This document shows, in pieces, positions 11,557-24,399 of a stretch of DNA of 40,276 nucleotides (position 1 is its first letter; each line of letters begins with the position of its first letter). This DNA is from Dimargaris cristalligena (taxonomy: Eukaryota). The notes under the pieces are model-generated. The model did not search any database and had not been told where the DNA came from. It worked only from the letters and a program-made list of their open reading frames with translations. A program made the position numbers and the translations under genes. The DNA lies in contig ML002340.1 of the NCBI GenBank assembly GCA_003614675.1, positions 1 to 40,276 of the forward strand, written 5' to 3'.

Positions 11557-12613
11557 CTAATACGATGCTTCGTTGTCTGTTGGAGAAATTCGGCGTGGTC
11601 ACGAACAGGCAGGAAAATGAGGTATAGCAAATCATTGAAGGGCAGGGTTAGATCAAGTCGGCGGCCGGATAATGAGCCCAGAATTATGAATAGGAGTGAT
11701 TTGTCGGTCGGCTTCCTATTATTTGGCATCTTGGCGCCTTTAAAGCACCACTCTATATTCAACATCAGGTAATTTAAAATACTAGAATTAAAGTACTTAC
11801 CACCGTCGTCGTCATCGATATCATCGCCTTCACCATTGTCAAAGTATGATTCGACATAATCGTTTTCTTCCTCCAGGTCCTCTTCGTCGTCCTCTTCGAT
11901 CATCTCTTCGCCATCCTCGCCCTCTTTGGTCTCCTCCTAAAGAGTGTAAGTCGCCCCGATTCCCAAACGTTACAGGTATCCAGCATACTGTTAGTATCAT
12001 TCAAAAATAGGTATATTCAGAAACCCCAGAACTGGCAAGCCACCCGATCAGTGGCCTACATTGGGGAGCCCGAGAGTAGCCCACCCAACAAATCCAGCAG
12101 TAGTGTATCCATGAATAGAAATAGGGCTAAGGGGGGGGGGGATTTATAACGTACCTTGTCCGAATTATCGTTATCCATGCCGTCGAATGCGCTGAGATCC
12201 ATATTAACGGAACGCTTCTTAGGTCCGGCCGACTTGCTCTTGGATTTATCGAACACGGAATGCAATTCCTCTGGGAAGAAGCTGGGGTCTAACTGGGCCC
12301 GGGAAAATAATTTCGACGATGCGATGGCTCGCTCGCCCTTGAAATATTTATCCGAGTACCGTTCGATATCCTGAGATGGCGGGGGGACGGTCACGTAGAA
12401 GGGGGACTTTTCTAGAAGGTCCTTGTATTCCCGAAACAGGTCGAGAGTCTCCTGTTCCTGTGAATTCGGCTTACGGCGAGCGGGAAGATCGAAGGGTGGG
12501 TAGAGCTCCCCTGGATCGGTGAATAGGGTAGCGCCCATTTCAGCGAATAGGCGACTAACTCCCATACCTCCGCCACCCGGGCCACCCCGTCCTCGTCCTC
12601 GTCCTCTAGACAT
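11557..12613 (-). CDS. RPC31: RNA polymerase III subunit C31 (RPC7/POLR3G family)
   Basis: Exons 12613-12155, 11936-11801, 11576-11557. MSRGRGRG start, LYPP..SPFY..DIERYSDKY..FFPEEL motifs, and acidic tail EENDYVESYFDNGEGDD..GDNEASY*. Confidence 0.92.
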
Positions 12614-12842
12614 GATAGGATGTGCCGGTCAGTAATGGGGAAGGGAAATAAGGTGATACTATTATATGTATTAAAAGTAGAAGGAGAAAAAAACTAAAAA
12701 CTAAAAACAAATAGCCAAGAACTGGAACGTGGAGATAAAGAGGTTCACCATGTAATCAGGGACTAGAGATGTCACTGACGCGATGCGGTCAAAATTGGCG
12801 GTCGTGAGGACAATGAGCTGAAACGAGAATGGAAGGGAGTTG

Positions 12843-12856
12843 AGGGTAGGGTAGGG
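12843..12856. promoter_or_regulatory. Homol-E-like box AGGGTAGGGT(AGGG) ~230 bp upstream of RPC31
   Basis: Exact match to the fission-yeast Homol-E consensus. The same 10-mer also occurs in the RPS27 3' UTR (31188-31197), which weakens the call. Confidence 0.25.
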
Positions 12857-13513
12857 AAAAGTATAAAAACTGGCTGGGGAGCAACCAGCTTGACCCAACC
12901 GCTATATGCGAAACACTCTTGTAAGGTGGGACAAGCGCTATTATAGTGGTGCCAAATAGGTAGGGGTAGGTCAGGAAAATTAAGGGTGAAAAAAATAATA
13001 AAGCGGCAACTCGGAGTTCGAGTTTAATCACTTGTCGGACTTGTCATGATGTGGAGCCAGTTGTTTAGAGATATTGGGATCCAGCGTGGTAAACAAATCT
13101 CCCACCCTGGCTATATAGTCCATATTAGGATAAGAAGTCTAACAATGAGGCATTCACTCAGCAGCTGGAACCATTTATTAGAGTATCGACAAATGTCTTA
13201 CAAGATAAACTCCATGCGGAAATAAGGGTAATGCCAAATAAATAAATAAAGGTATGTAAATATATATATACGATTTTGAAGGGTAAAAAATAAAAAAGGG
13301 AGTTTGGGAAAAATGTGATGCTAAAGTTTTAGGAAAACTGCCCTATATTGTGAGGGGATTAGTCCAATTGATTTAGGCGCAGGTCTAGCACAGAGTTCAC
13401 TTGGGCGAATGGTCCAATATAGCTACGCAAAGATTACACCGACAATAGGTTTAAACGAACCCTGGATACAACGAATGGGTAACGCGAGAAAAGAGTAATA
13501 CCAAGGTCCAGGC

Positions 13514-15456
13514 TTACTGACGCCCGTTACGTTCAGCGAAGTAGGCCTTCAGTTGATCACCACCAAAGACCATGCAAACCTATTAAGCGAAAAGAGTGAT
13601 ATGGTACATAGTGGGAGAGATGGATATCACCAAGGTGGAGGGCATGGTTAGATCACAGGTGTATAGGTAATGAAGGCGAGAATCCGTGGATAGTCATAAT
13701 AGAATAACGACTATTAAGCGTGTATGGTTTTCAGTAATGTTTGTTTTTTTTTGGGGGGGGGGAGTTAAACGCATATTCCGAATATTAACATACCGTCAAG
13801 TAGGTGCTCAACATAATACGGGGGGTGACACCACGGTAAAATCCCATGAAACCACTGTTGCCGTAAATATACTTGGCAGTGGTCCAAATATTGAGGTTCT
13901 CGGGCCGGCCCACGGCCTTAATCTGGCTCTGCATTTCCACGCGAATGACCTATAGGACCACGGAATAACGCCAAATATGAAGCGTAGTTAGTGGGTAAGA
14001 ATACCATAAGCAACTAGATACTTCCATCCAGGGTAATGTGATGTGGAATATAAAAGGATGGCCAGCCAACGTCCATTCGCATGGGGCTGATCAGGAGCAG
14101 CGAAGGAGGCGCTTTGGACCAAGCCAAACCATCATCAGGTCAACCAAATACTGCACAAGAATGTGTACAATGGCATAAAAGATAACTTACCTCGATGGGT
14201 TGATTCCAACAAGCCAACGAACCACCAACCACCGAGGCTATATACATCCATGGGACAAATGGTTGTTGAAAGCGACCATAATATATAGATAACGGGAGAA
14301 CGGAAAATTGGGCGTTGAAATGGCACAGGCCCGATGATCAATAATATGGGGAACGAGGGAATTAGTGGGTGATTTTGGATCAATCATTGTTCAGGGATTG
14401 GGCTAGTCCAAAATGGGGGCGGTGTATGAATGTGAAAGCAGACCCATTATAGTATGCCTAAAAGGGAGGCCCAGGTTACACCGAGTCTGAAGCAGGGCTA
14501 GAGAAGCGAACATCACCGAAAAGGGCGAACGAGAATCCATTGTCGTATTTGGGTGGGGAATGGCAGCGAGCGAAAGTGAGTGTGAAAAAGGGGGGGAGAG
14601 GGAATAATAAGCAAGCCAACTTACAGAGTAGACGTTCGCCAGTGGTGAGCTTGCGCTCCGTATCCTTGCCCTTGATGAGGGCCTCGGTGACCCGGGCAAT
14701 ACCCAGACGGGAGCCCCAGTTGGTCATTTGCCGGACAGCGACGGCCGACACCCCCTTGTTAAGACCAACGATACCCTCCCGCTTGAAAACGTCGTGGGCG
14801 GTCTTCCAGGTGGAAGTTTCGGCACCGGGGTTCTTGTGCTTAGTGACCTCCACAGTCTTCATGAAAGTACAGAAACCCATGGTAGTATAGGCCTGGGCAA
14901 CACCGCCGAACATACCCCCAAGGGCGCCGGAGGCAGCGGAGGACATGCCCTGGTTACGGCACAGGTACTCGATTTCGGACGAGGCAAACAGCAGCACACC
15001 GCCCTTGGTAGAGGCTTCGATCCAGGCCCACTGGAGTCGGAATATGCGTCAGCAACCCGGGAATTTGATATAGGGAACAAACAATGGTATTGGAGTCAGT
15101 ATGATAAACTAGGCATAATAGGATGGGAGGGGGGTATCTGTGGTATAAGCGTCGACATAGGCCTGGGATATGGGATATGGGGGGAACCTCTAGGCTGATA
15201 AAAACGCGGGGAAAGGGGGGTATATTATAGGACTTACGGGAATAAGCCCCTGGTAGAAGCCACGGAGGCCACCCCGGGCGTAGGTCTTTTGCATGGCAAT
15301 CTTCAGGCCATCGCCACGATGGGCGGCCATGTGGGTTTTAAGGACCTCGAAGGGCTGGCCCAGCGTCGAGACTTCGAAAGTCTGGATAAAAGCGCCCAGG
15401 GCCAGGTTGGTCCAGGAGATGGGCTTCTTCTTCAACGGGGCGGGGGAGGCGGACAT
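13514..15456 (-). CDS. YHM2: Mitochondrial citrate/2-oxoglutarate carrier
   Basis: Exons 15456-15238, 15030-14625, 14237-14191, 13949-13794, 13579-13514. Yhm2 signatures KKPISWTNLALGA..EVSTLGQPFEVLKT, QGLIPWAWIEASTKG, QAYTTMGFCTFMKTVEVT, AVAVRQMTNWGSR, WNQPIEVIRVEMQS. Confidence 0.95.
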
Positions 15457-16365
15457 GGTGGATGGGGAAGGGCGGGGAGATGGGCAACCACGAGAGTGGG
15501 GAATACGGAGGTGAAAGAAGGGGGAAAGGGAGGGAGGGGAGGGCGGCGGCCTTGTAATAAAGAGGGAGGGAGGAGATAATGCGCATACAGCCAGGGAGGG
15601 GAAGGGAGAGAGCATATAGGCAAAAGGCAGAGAGGGGAGGGGGCCAAGGAAAAGGCGGGAAGATAAGAAGCGGGGGAAATTTAAGGATCCTTTGGTGCGG
15701 GCACCAGTCAGAAGCATCGTATGATAAGTGGGCGAGGCCGGATTGGCCACCGCCAACCAGGGCAGTAGTGGTGGTGGTAGTAAGTATAGTAGCTCTGCGC
15801 TAATAACACCATTAACCTTTCACTGCAACTGAACTCTGACTATTTCTAGGGAATCCATCCCCTGGCCTCCCGAGGCATTCCGGCCCGGCCCTGCCCCTTG
15901 CGGCTGCCCTGCAATGGCCCCCAAAGCACAAGCAAAAGCAAAAGCGGAGGAGTACACTGCCCCCTCCTCAGTCGCATTCTGCCCACTTTATTACTCTGAT
16001 GCTAATCCGAGCCGCTAACAATAGCCACCTCGTGTTGATCCTGGTGGTTGACAATGGCTATTAGGTAAAGCGTCTTCACTAATGGCTCACCAACTCACTC
16101 ACCCAAAAAACCATAGCCACTCATTCGGTATCGGAGATAGTCGGGACCAGTCTGCCGCCCACTCCCATCCCCCCCCGAATAACACGTGTCTATCTATCTG
16201 ATAAATGCACTCCCTCACCAGCTCAGCATTTAATGACTGTTCCTGATCTAAACCCTATGCGCCACTGTCGCCCCAATTATATACACTTCGGTATACCAAG
16301 TCTCTTTATTAATAACAGGCACAGATATAGATGGCCGTGGCGAACGAAGGGTCGGCATGGCTGTT

Positions 16366-17787
16366 TCAGGCCGCATCTTTCTTTGGTAGAACCGGGTCGA
16401 TTTCTTCCTCCTCCTTCGCCAATCGGTCCAGGAACTGCTGGGGGGTGTCGCTCGGTGCCACCGACTGCGTGGATCGGCTAAACAGGTGGTTGTATATCTG
16501 GGAGGACTCCTCCGACTAGTAAAATGACCATCAACAACAGTTACAATATACATGCCAAAACAAGAACGAGAGTTAGTAATATAGGCCAACTATAGGAATA
16601 GATTCCGCTCAGTTACCACCTTAACTAAGCTATACATATCTTTAAACAGTCTACTTACCGAGGAATCGAACATCTGAAGGGGCTGCCAGCCCTCCTCTTC
16701 AATTTGTTGGCGCATGTAGGTGACGGACGTTTTCCGCAGGTGAGCCAGCTCTTCGGCCGCAGGGGTACGTACTTGAACCTATATATCCCGTCACATAATC
16801 ATAAAACAAAATGGATTTTAGTCGTAACCCCAGATACCATAATAAGTGGGTATCAAACGCGTACCCGGGCTTCCACATCACCAGACGGCCATTTGCCTGC
16901 GCGAAGCAATACCAAACAGATGACCAAGGACAGTCCCCCCATCATTTGATAAACACTCAGTACCGACCAGACCGGGATCAGTATAGCTGCCTAGCTACTT
17001 AAACGAACTGATTGAATGACCAAATCCAAAAAAAAAAAACCCCTACATTGATAGCCTTGGCCTTGTCCTTGCCCACCACTTTGTCAGCCTCGTCCTCGCC
17101 TTCGTTATTAATCTTTTTAGTTGCCGACTTGACTTTGTTGTCAATAACGTCCAGGTACTTAAGGCTAGGGTACATCTGAACCACTCTGGACACGTCGGTG
17201 AGATGGAGCTCATCTAGAGAGAGAGAGAGAGAGGAAGGAAGCACACAAGAAATATATGTATAAATATATATATACGGCTAAGTAAGGTCCCGTCCACTAC
17301 GAACGAACCCACCCGCAAACGGGGCGCCATTCAAATAAAAGCCGGTATAACCACTGAGCCTAAAGACAGGCTAAATAGGCGAAGACATACTAATATTGGG
17401 GAACTTACTGTCTTTAAGCACACCGGTCATATAGCGGGTATTGTTGGGGAGGGTGGTTGAGGTAAGGGTACTGCGCTCCATTCTGGTTTGACTGTGGTTG
17501 GACTGCTCCAAACCGTGGTCCTCGTCATAGATCGTCCGGACCTTCTCGTCGTTGAACCCCAGGCCCAATTCTTCCCCTCGGGACGTATTATACAGGGGCC
17601 CCCGGGTGTCAAGGGCGTAGTCCAGCTCTACCACAAAATTCTTGGGCTTAATGCGCGCGGCTGAGGGATGTTCCAAATCGCTTTCGAAACGGCTCTGCTC
17701 CTTCAGAGGGAATTGAAACACATTGAGGTACTCCGTTAATTTGTCGGCGTAAAAGACGTCGATTTCGGCAATAACCTTGTCCTCCAT
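16366..17787 (-). CDS. RPC37: RNA polymerase III subunit C37 (RPC5/POLR3E, Sin-like N-terminal domain)
   Basis: Exons 17787-17409, 17213-17047, 16778-16659, 16515-16366. Motifs DKVIAEIDVF..LNVFQFPL..ARIKPK..VELDYALD..YMTGVLKDNELHLTDV..VQMYPSLKYLD..IEEEGWQPL. Confidence 0.88.
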
Positions 17788-18297
17788 GGCGCGCTATAAG
17801 GGTAATGTAAATAGAGCGTAAGACTTAGAAAGAAACCTTGAAAAGAGGTTGAATGTAAAAAAAATAAAATAAGAATAGCTATATAAAACCGCTATAAAAC
17901 TGAAAAGACTAAGCAAAAGGTACAAGTGGGCCCAAGAAAAACCCTTGCCATATACCCAACCCTGTGGAATGAAAGGTAAAGCCTAGCACCAGTACTATAT
18001 AGGTGGGGTAGGACAAGAATCCCTTAGAGAGCTGGTGGTGCTCTATATCAACAATGCATTGGGACTAGGGGGTACAGGGCAATAATGTAAATAAAGGGAG
18101 AGGTCAGCGCGTCAACTAGGCGGCTGGTCTTTAAAGATCCATTTTGTATTAAATTATTACAAGGCAAAGACTGCTAGTGTGTATATACAATGTATGGCTT
18201 TTATTGAATTGGGTTGATTAGATAGGTAATTTCTCCGAATACCAAGAAGCCGGTTAAGTGCCTCTGTCCGACCTAACCACGCATAAATGGTCGGCGA

Positions 18298-19417
18298 TTA
18301 GTGGGGTGCAGCCGACGAAAGGCGGGCCAAATAGGCCTCCCAGCCTGCCCGTTGGTAGCGCTGGGCCTCGACCACAGGGTCCTTGCCCGGACCATAAATG
18401 GCTCGCCCCACGATGATAATATCACTGCGGTTATGAGTGATAATCTGAGTGGGGCTTCGGTACTGCTGGCCAAGCGCATCGCCCTTGGCATCCAGTCCCA
18501 CCCCGGGAGTCATGTAGATGAAATCGGACTCGTCGGTCAGCCGACGACTAGCGATAAACCCGGCCACAAAGTCGGAGTGCTTGAGGGCCAGTTCCACATT
18601 CTTGGCCGTGTATTGCGGGGTGTTGGCCAACGAGTCGACGGTGGACATCTCGGCCAGAAGCAGCAGACCGCGACCCAACGGGGCCCCCACCTCCTTCAGG
18701 CCCTGGATAATGCCCTCGCCCGGGATAATGTGGCAGTTGGTAAAATGGGACCACGAGGCAATTCGGTAGATGCCTGCTCCGTACTGCATCCGGACCGTGT
18801 TGCCGATGTCGGCGAACTTGCGGTCCTCAAAAATCATAAACCGGTGCTTCTCGGCAAGTTTAGTGAGCTGGTCCACCAAATCGGCGTCGAAGTCCAGAAT
18901 CACATCAATATGAGTCTAGAGAAAAGGGTCGGTGGAGGTGGGGGTGCATAGTAGTAAGTTTGGTGACATTGTATGATGGTTTAATGGCCTACTATTTTAA
19001 GGGGGCGGGTGGTGGAATAAGGTGAAGTGGGCCGAGGACTGCGTTCTCGCTAGTCCAATGGCCAAGGGCAGGTACTTCTCACTATCCACATGATGCTCCC
19101 AGCTGGTCAAACTAGCTAGAAGGTAGCCCAGGGTCACGGCCCAAACCAGGTAGGTAGGTGTTCCCAAATAGCTATGGGGGGTCAGGGTAGACCACCCCGA
19201 TCCTTCTATAGATAACGAGCACTTCTTTTCTTACCTTGAGTAGACAGATGTAAGGACCCACTTGGTCAGCCAACTCGAGGAGTTCCTGCTTAGTTTTGAC
19301 GTCGGCTGCCACAGACAGGTTGCTCTGCTTTTCGACCATGATTTGCAACAATTCCTTGGCGACGGGACTGCTGATGCGCTTGGAGCGCTCCAGGTAATCG
19401 AGGGAAGACGAGGCCAT
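18298..19417 (-). CDS. URA3: Orotidine-5'-phosphate decarboxylase (pyrG)
   Basis: Exons 19417-19235 and 18915-18298. [20 protein letters not shown], active-site [52 protein letters not shown]. The ORF-track start at 19423 is TTG; the ATG is at 19417. Confidence 0.97.
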
Positions 19418-20210
19418 GCTCAATGGGTGCGGGGCTGCAGAGGCGAGCGGGTCTGTTATGAAGGGTTAAGTGAAAGGACCGGAAGTGGAATGCGAAGAAC
19501 GGCTGTAGTGTAAGAAAAGAACGGAAGTAAGAGTCACAAAAGGCAAGTAAATAGCGGCAGGCTGGTGGGTAAAGGCGGCTTATTCGTACCCTTGTTCACA
19601 AACCCGCTACTTTATTGAAGCGTCTCACTAAAAAGGCGGGGGAGGCTGTTACCCAGGCAGGGTGTGAAAAGGTGTGTTTCACTTCCCAACCATCGATGTA
19701 CCTTGGGGGAGGACGCCAGTATGCGCGCCGATTTAATGATACTGGTCATTAATGGCCTCCAATGAAATGGCATAGTCGAAGGAAATAGGAATATCGCTTA
19801 ACACTGACTGGATGCTCCTTCTAGTCCATCACCCCCATTTTTACCCTTTAACCACGGTATATATATATAACCCATGCCATTCGAATGAAAACAATGGGAA
19901 TATTCTAATAGTGTACGGTCTTCAAACCCTCCAATGCTCTCATGAATACCCAGCCCCAAACATTACGTTAGAAATAGTACCAAGCCGCCCCAAGCGGCCT
20001 TATTAGTATCTACTACTTAGTCTATAACATGTCCCGTATTCGGGCCGTGGCGTCTTAACACAGTCAGTTAGTCAACCGTACCAGACTGTCTCTAGCATAT
20101 CGATAAGAATGTATAACAGCAGGCTGCATAGCATAGCCGTGTAGCTTATATCCCGGACCATTATTGGTTTAATATATCGGGAAATATTCGAAAGCAAAAA
20201 GTAATTATTT

Positions 20211-21566
20211 TTAAATCGTGCTAAAAAATAGATGGGGATATTCCTTTTTCAATAAGTCGCACGAAATATCGGGAGGAAGGGAGGCAACTAGTTCCTGGAG
20301 ATTCGGCAAACGCGAAATGAGAATGGCGACGGAGGCCCGGTCGATTGCCGGGCTACGCATCTTAAGATACGAAAGGGTCGGACAGTAGAAATCCAGCTTA
20401 AGCAACTGGTCCATAAAACTGGCGTCGCCATATGAAATAGTCAGCGACTTTAAATAAGCACAGTTAGATAAAATAAAAGCATAAGCCGAGATAGGGCTTA
20501 CATGACCCCCTATTGCCAAATTGCGTAGCATTCGAAAATTCTGAACAATCAGGGGTCCAATGTCAGAGATCATAACCATACCAAAAATGGTTAGTGAAGT
20601 GATTCGGGACCAGGGCTGTTTAAAAAAATCATACATGAGTTGCTGGTGGTCCGACAATTGCTGGACCCCAGGTCCAAAATAAAGGCCTAATTTGGCCAAG
20701 TGGGGGTAGTCAGCGGGAGTAAGGTTGCGTAGTGCCCGGAGCTGGTCCGTGTCCAGCTTACCGGACACTTCGAGTTGTACCAGTTGCTGAAAAATAGGTG
20801 GGCGGGGCCCAAATAGGAGAGCTAAATTCCAGGGGCCGTCCTTCAAAGAGAGACGGGTCAGGCGGGAGGAGAGCCTCGAGGCTGCCTGGTCCAGGTTGTC
20901 CCTCGGAGAGAATGCCTGGAGGATTACCTGTTTAAGGCCAGTGAAGGGGGCGATAAGCTGAAGCACGGCGCCGGTATCATAGGCCCGAACCCCAAATATA
21001 TCTGGAAAGACCTCGAGTTTCTTAATTCGACCCAGCTGATTCAAAAGGGCGTCTGAGAAATACTGGTCCTCGATAGACTGGTAGGACTGGTTGGGCGGAA
21101 ATCGGGAATTCTGAATGACAACACGTAGTTTGTCGGGTGGGCGGGCGAAATGGACCAGGCAGCTGGCGATCGTAGCTGGCCAGTCGGCCAGAACATTGAT
21201 ATTAAAAACTATTACTTGTACGTGGGTCAATTGGCTTAGGAGCAACCGCATAGTTTCAATGCTAGCTGGTGACGTATAGTCTCCGGGACGAATACAAAGG
21301 CGACGAACAGCAGGACGATACCGGTGGATACACAGAGCCAGGCGGCTGTCAGGCGATACTTCCGGACCAAGGTCTATCCGAAGCTGGTAGGCAGCAGTCA
21401 CTAGAGGGCGAAGTTGACGGCAGACGGCCGCCAACTGGAACTGTTCCTGCTGGGGGAGATGGCGAATGACGCGGTGACCGAGCAGGTTTTGAGACGGGTT
21501 AAAAAGATACAACAGCAATTTGAGGCCTGAGGAACGACCCGAGTGCGGCGGAGCGCTGAGGGACAT
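20211..21566 (-). CDS. F-box-like / leucine-rich-repeat (RNI-like) protein, intronless, ~451 aa
   Basis: N-terminal F-box-like VIRHLPQQEQFQLAAVCRQLR, followed by repeated LxxLxL/I units (LTRLSL, LVQLEV, LAKLGL, LRNLAI, LKSLTI, LSYLKM, LPNLQEL). Confidence 0.7.
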   Translation of the reverse strand: MSLSAPPHSGRSSGLKLLLYLFNPSQNLLGHRVIRHLPQQEQFQLAAVCRQLRPLVTAAYQLRIDLGPEVSPDSRLALCIHRYRPAVRRLCIRPGDYTSPASIETMRLLLSQLTHVQVIVFNINVLADWPATIASCLVHFARPPDKLRVVIQNSRFPPNQSYQSIEDQYFSDALLNQLGRIKKLEVFPDIFGVRAYDTGAVLQLIAPFTGLKQVILQAFSPRDNLDQAASRLSSRLTRLSLKDGPWNLALLFGPRPPIFQQLVQLEVSGKLDTDQLRALRNLTPADYPHLAKLGLYFGPGVQQLSDHQQLMYDFFKQPWSRITSLTIFGMVMISDIGPLIVQNFRMLRNLAIGGHVSPISAYAFILSNCAYLKSLTISYGDASFMDQLLKLDFYCPTLSYLKMRSPAIDRASVAILISRLPNLQELVASLPPDISCDLLKKEYPHLFFSTI

Positions 21567-22234
21567 GGTAATTAGTTGGATGGGTCTATTGGGAGAAAAG
21601 GGCGGCTTCAAAATTAGAAAGTGGCAATGGAAAAAATAGTAAACTAAGTTGGGTAAGAGACTCCCAGAAAGGTATAGTAAGGTCATAATGACCAGATCAG
21701 GCCTCTCGAATAATCTATTCAAAACCCACCTGTCTTAAAACTGCGGACAAGGTGCAAGAGAGGCTCCATTGGTCAGTTAAACAAGCGCGGGTACTGTAGT
21801 ACCCAATCGCTGTATTTCAAATAGTAGGCTGCTTCTGTGTGTGAGACGTTCAAAGAGCAACAATGGCCAGGAGGGATCAACCCGGCTATGTATTAAAAAG
21901 AGCAGCTCCTATAGCGGTTTATCATCCCACAGGTTTTCTACTAGCTGAGGCCATCACCCCCCCCCCACAATAGATTGCAAATACACCCCTTAATATCAAT
22001 TAAAACCGGGTTAGAGAATAATAATAATTTTTAAAAAACTCGGTATCAGGGAGGCTGTATCAGCTAATCAAACCCAGCTCTTGTTACGATTAAATTGCAA
22101 TTATTGCCGAGGAATAAGCGCAGGCGCCTGGCTGAATTATGCTATATATATGACAAGTGCAACGGGTACGGGTCATCGATCGACCTATTGTAAAAGGCAG
22201 GGGTGTTTAAATGCATGGACTATAAGATCATTCC

Positions 22235-23675
22235 CTAGACGTTTTTTAATGCATCGCGGTATTTAGCAATCTAAATAATTAACGATCAGATGGAAACACA
22301 TATGAAAGGGTTAGTTACTATCCATAGTATGTAGAGATGGAGGCTGGTACATTATCAAATGTTCGATTTACTACCCAACTTCTATCCCACCCAGTCATAC
22401 AACATCAGAGTTGGCGGCGGAAGACCAGCCACTGGACCTGGTATTACAGCTTAATGACAAATAAAAAACATCACTTACCCGTTCCAAGACACCACAGCCC
22501 GGATGAACACCCCCTGGAAGTTGAAGAGGAATTATACAATCGGCGGATGTGTCCTGCGCCCTAATACAGCCTGTGAGCGTTTCAATCTGGTGGCGACTAT
22601 CCTTCAGGTATTGTTGGAGTTGGCTATTGATACTAGCCCACGGAACCGTGTCCTTGGCCTGCGTAATAAGGGTCCGGAAGTCTTCCTTGACGCTATGGGG
22701 CAAATCCATGCCCTGGTCATTGTTGGACTGCGTGTGGGTAGTGACAATAGCATCGATCCCTAAGATTAGATCTAATAAACCGCTGCGTGGTGACGGGAAG
22801 TAGTGGTGGCGAAACTGGGGGCTCGTTCCAGGACCCCCGAGAAACCGTTTGATTGGTGTCTTACAGGTAGGTGGTTCGGATTCAGCGGGTATTACTGGGA
22901 ATAGGCGGTTGAGAAGGGAAAGCCATTGGGTAGGATTGAAAGGCATGGTTTCTATTTCTTGGAAAAAGGCCTGTTAAATGGAACCATAAATGTTAGAATA
23001 GACAAGGTGGGGGGGGGGGTCAAGTCAGATTGCCGTGGAGAATTCAATGGTAGCCCATGGGGATCTACACTAAGTGGTGGAGGCAGTAGTTAAAGTCAGA
23101 GGCGTGGTGTCACACACAGCCCAACCAGTTGATAATATTGTGATTCCAACAAATAAAATATTGACCGAGAATACCTGTCGATCCAACGTAGTATATAAAA
23201 CTTAATAGATGTTTATATATATATGGGTGAGTGATCGGAAATATCATGTCACCTCTGAACCTACCGCTCGTTTTAAACTGCACACCAGGAACTCGTATGT
23301 CATGGAGAGATCACTCCAACAGGCAATATACAATAGCTGGTCAGCGGGTAAAACCGAATATTCGGTGTGGTAGTTTTCAAAAGCCAGCCGGATAACCTCG
23401 AGTTGGAAGAGGGCCGACAGGGTAAGTTGTAAGACGGACCACTCCAAGAGACTGGCCTCGGGCAGTTTCGAATGTTCCTCCAGCTCCAACAAGAGAAGGG
23501 TAGCTGGTAAACTGGCGGGTGATTTGGCGTCGAGTGCATCGGGGCTGAGCAACAGGATGTCTGAATTGGTTTGTCGTTGGAGAATGTCTAGGCAGGCGCT
23601 GATGGCCTTGCGGTTGGTAAGACTTGGTGGTTGCTGTAGGTAATGACCCAGTACCCCATGAAGGAGACGACTCAT
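22235..23675 (-). CDS. Hypothetical protein (~312 aa, leucine-rich helical), 3 exons
   Basis: Exons 23675-23265, 22970-22479 and 22270-22235 join in phase 0. Donors are GTAGGT and GTAAGT, with CTAAC branch points and CAG/TAG acceptors. No family recognised. Confidence 0.55.
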
Positions 23676-24399
23676 GGTGAATGTGGTGAATTAGACAGGA
23701 TGGTATAAATCTACAAGGTCTGTAATTAGGGTAACTTCGATTTGCAATCGGACAGCATACAACTCGGCAAATCAAGTATACCGATGAGCACGAATAAAAT
23801 AGAGAGCTATATGCGTGTGCTAATGTAGGAATTGCGTGAAGGCCTCCAACAATGTATTTGGAACAGGCTAACAGGGAGGTACAGCGAACATATAAAAAAA
23901 GTAAAATGCGAAGGTCGGAGTTTTCACACTACCGGTGGGCTGGACTATGGGCGTAGCCATTTTGTGGCATTAATAGGTCCAACTGAATGTGGTAAAAAAT
24001 AAAATGCCCTTTTGAGTAACCTTAATAAATACCTGAGTTCCCAATAGTCCCTTTAGGAGGATTTATATTATTCGTAGACTTATAGTGATTCTAGGGTTGT
24101 CGACGAACCCTCAGATGGCTAGATAATTTTTTAATCAAGATCGCGGGCGAATATTGGGTGACATCCAAGGCTGGCACTAAAACGATCATGGCTACTAGAC
24201 TAACATGCTTGGATAAAGACCCCTAAGCTCTATTGTAATACTATGTCTATAATAAGCTAGGGTGGCGGTATAACACAGTGGAAACCGAAGAGGTGAGGCT
24301 ATTTATTTATGAAAAGGAATCCTGAACAATAGACAAGTCAAGTATGCACGGAGTGGGAATACGGAACAAACGAGTGCGGCAATGGGTGGTCGTGGGGGT

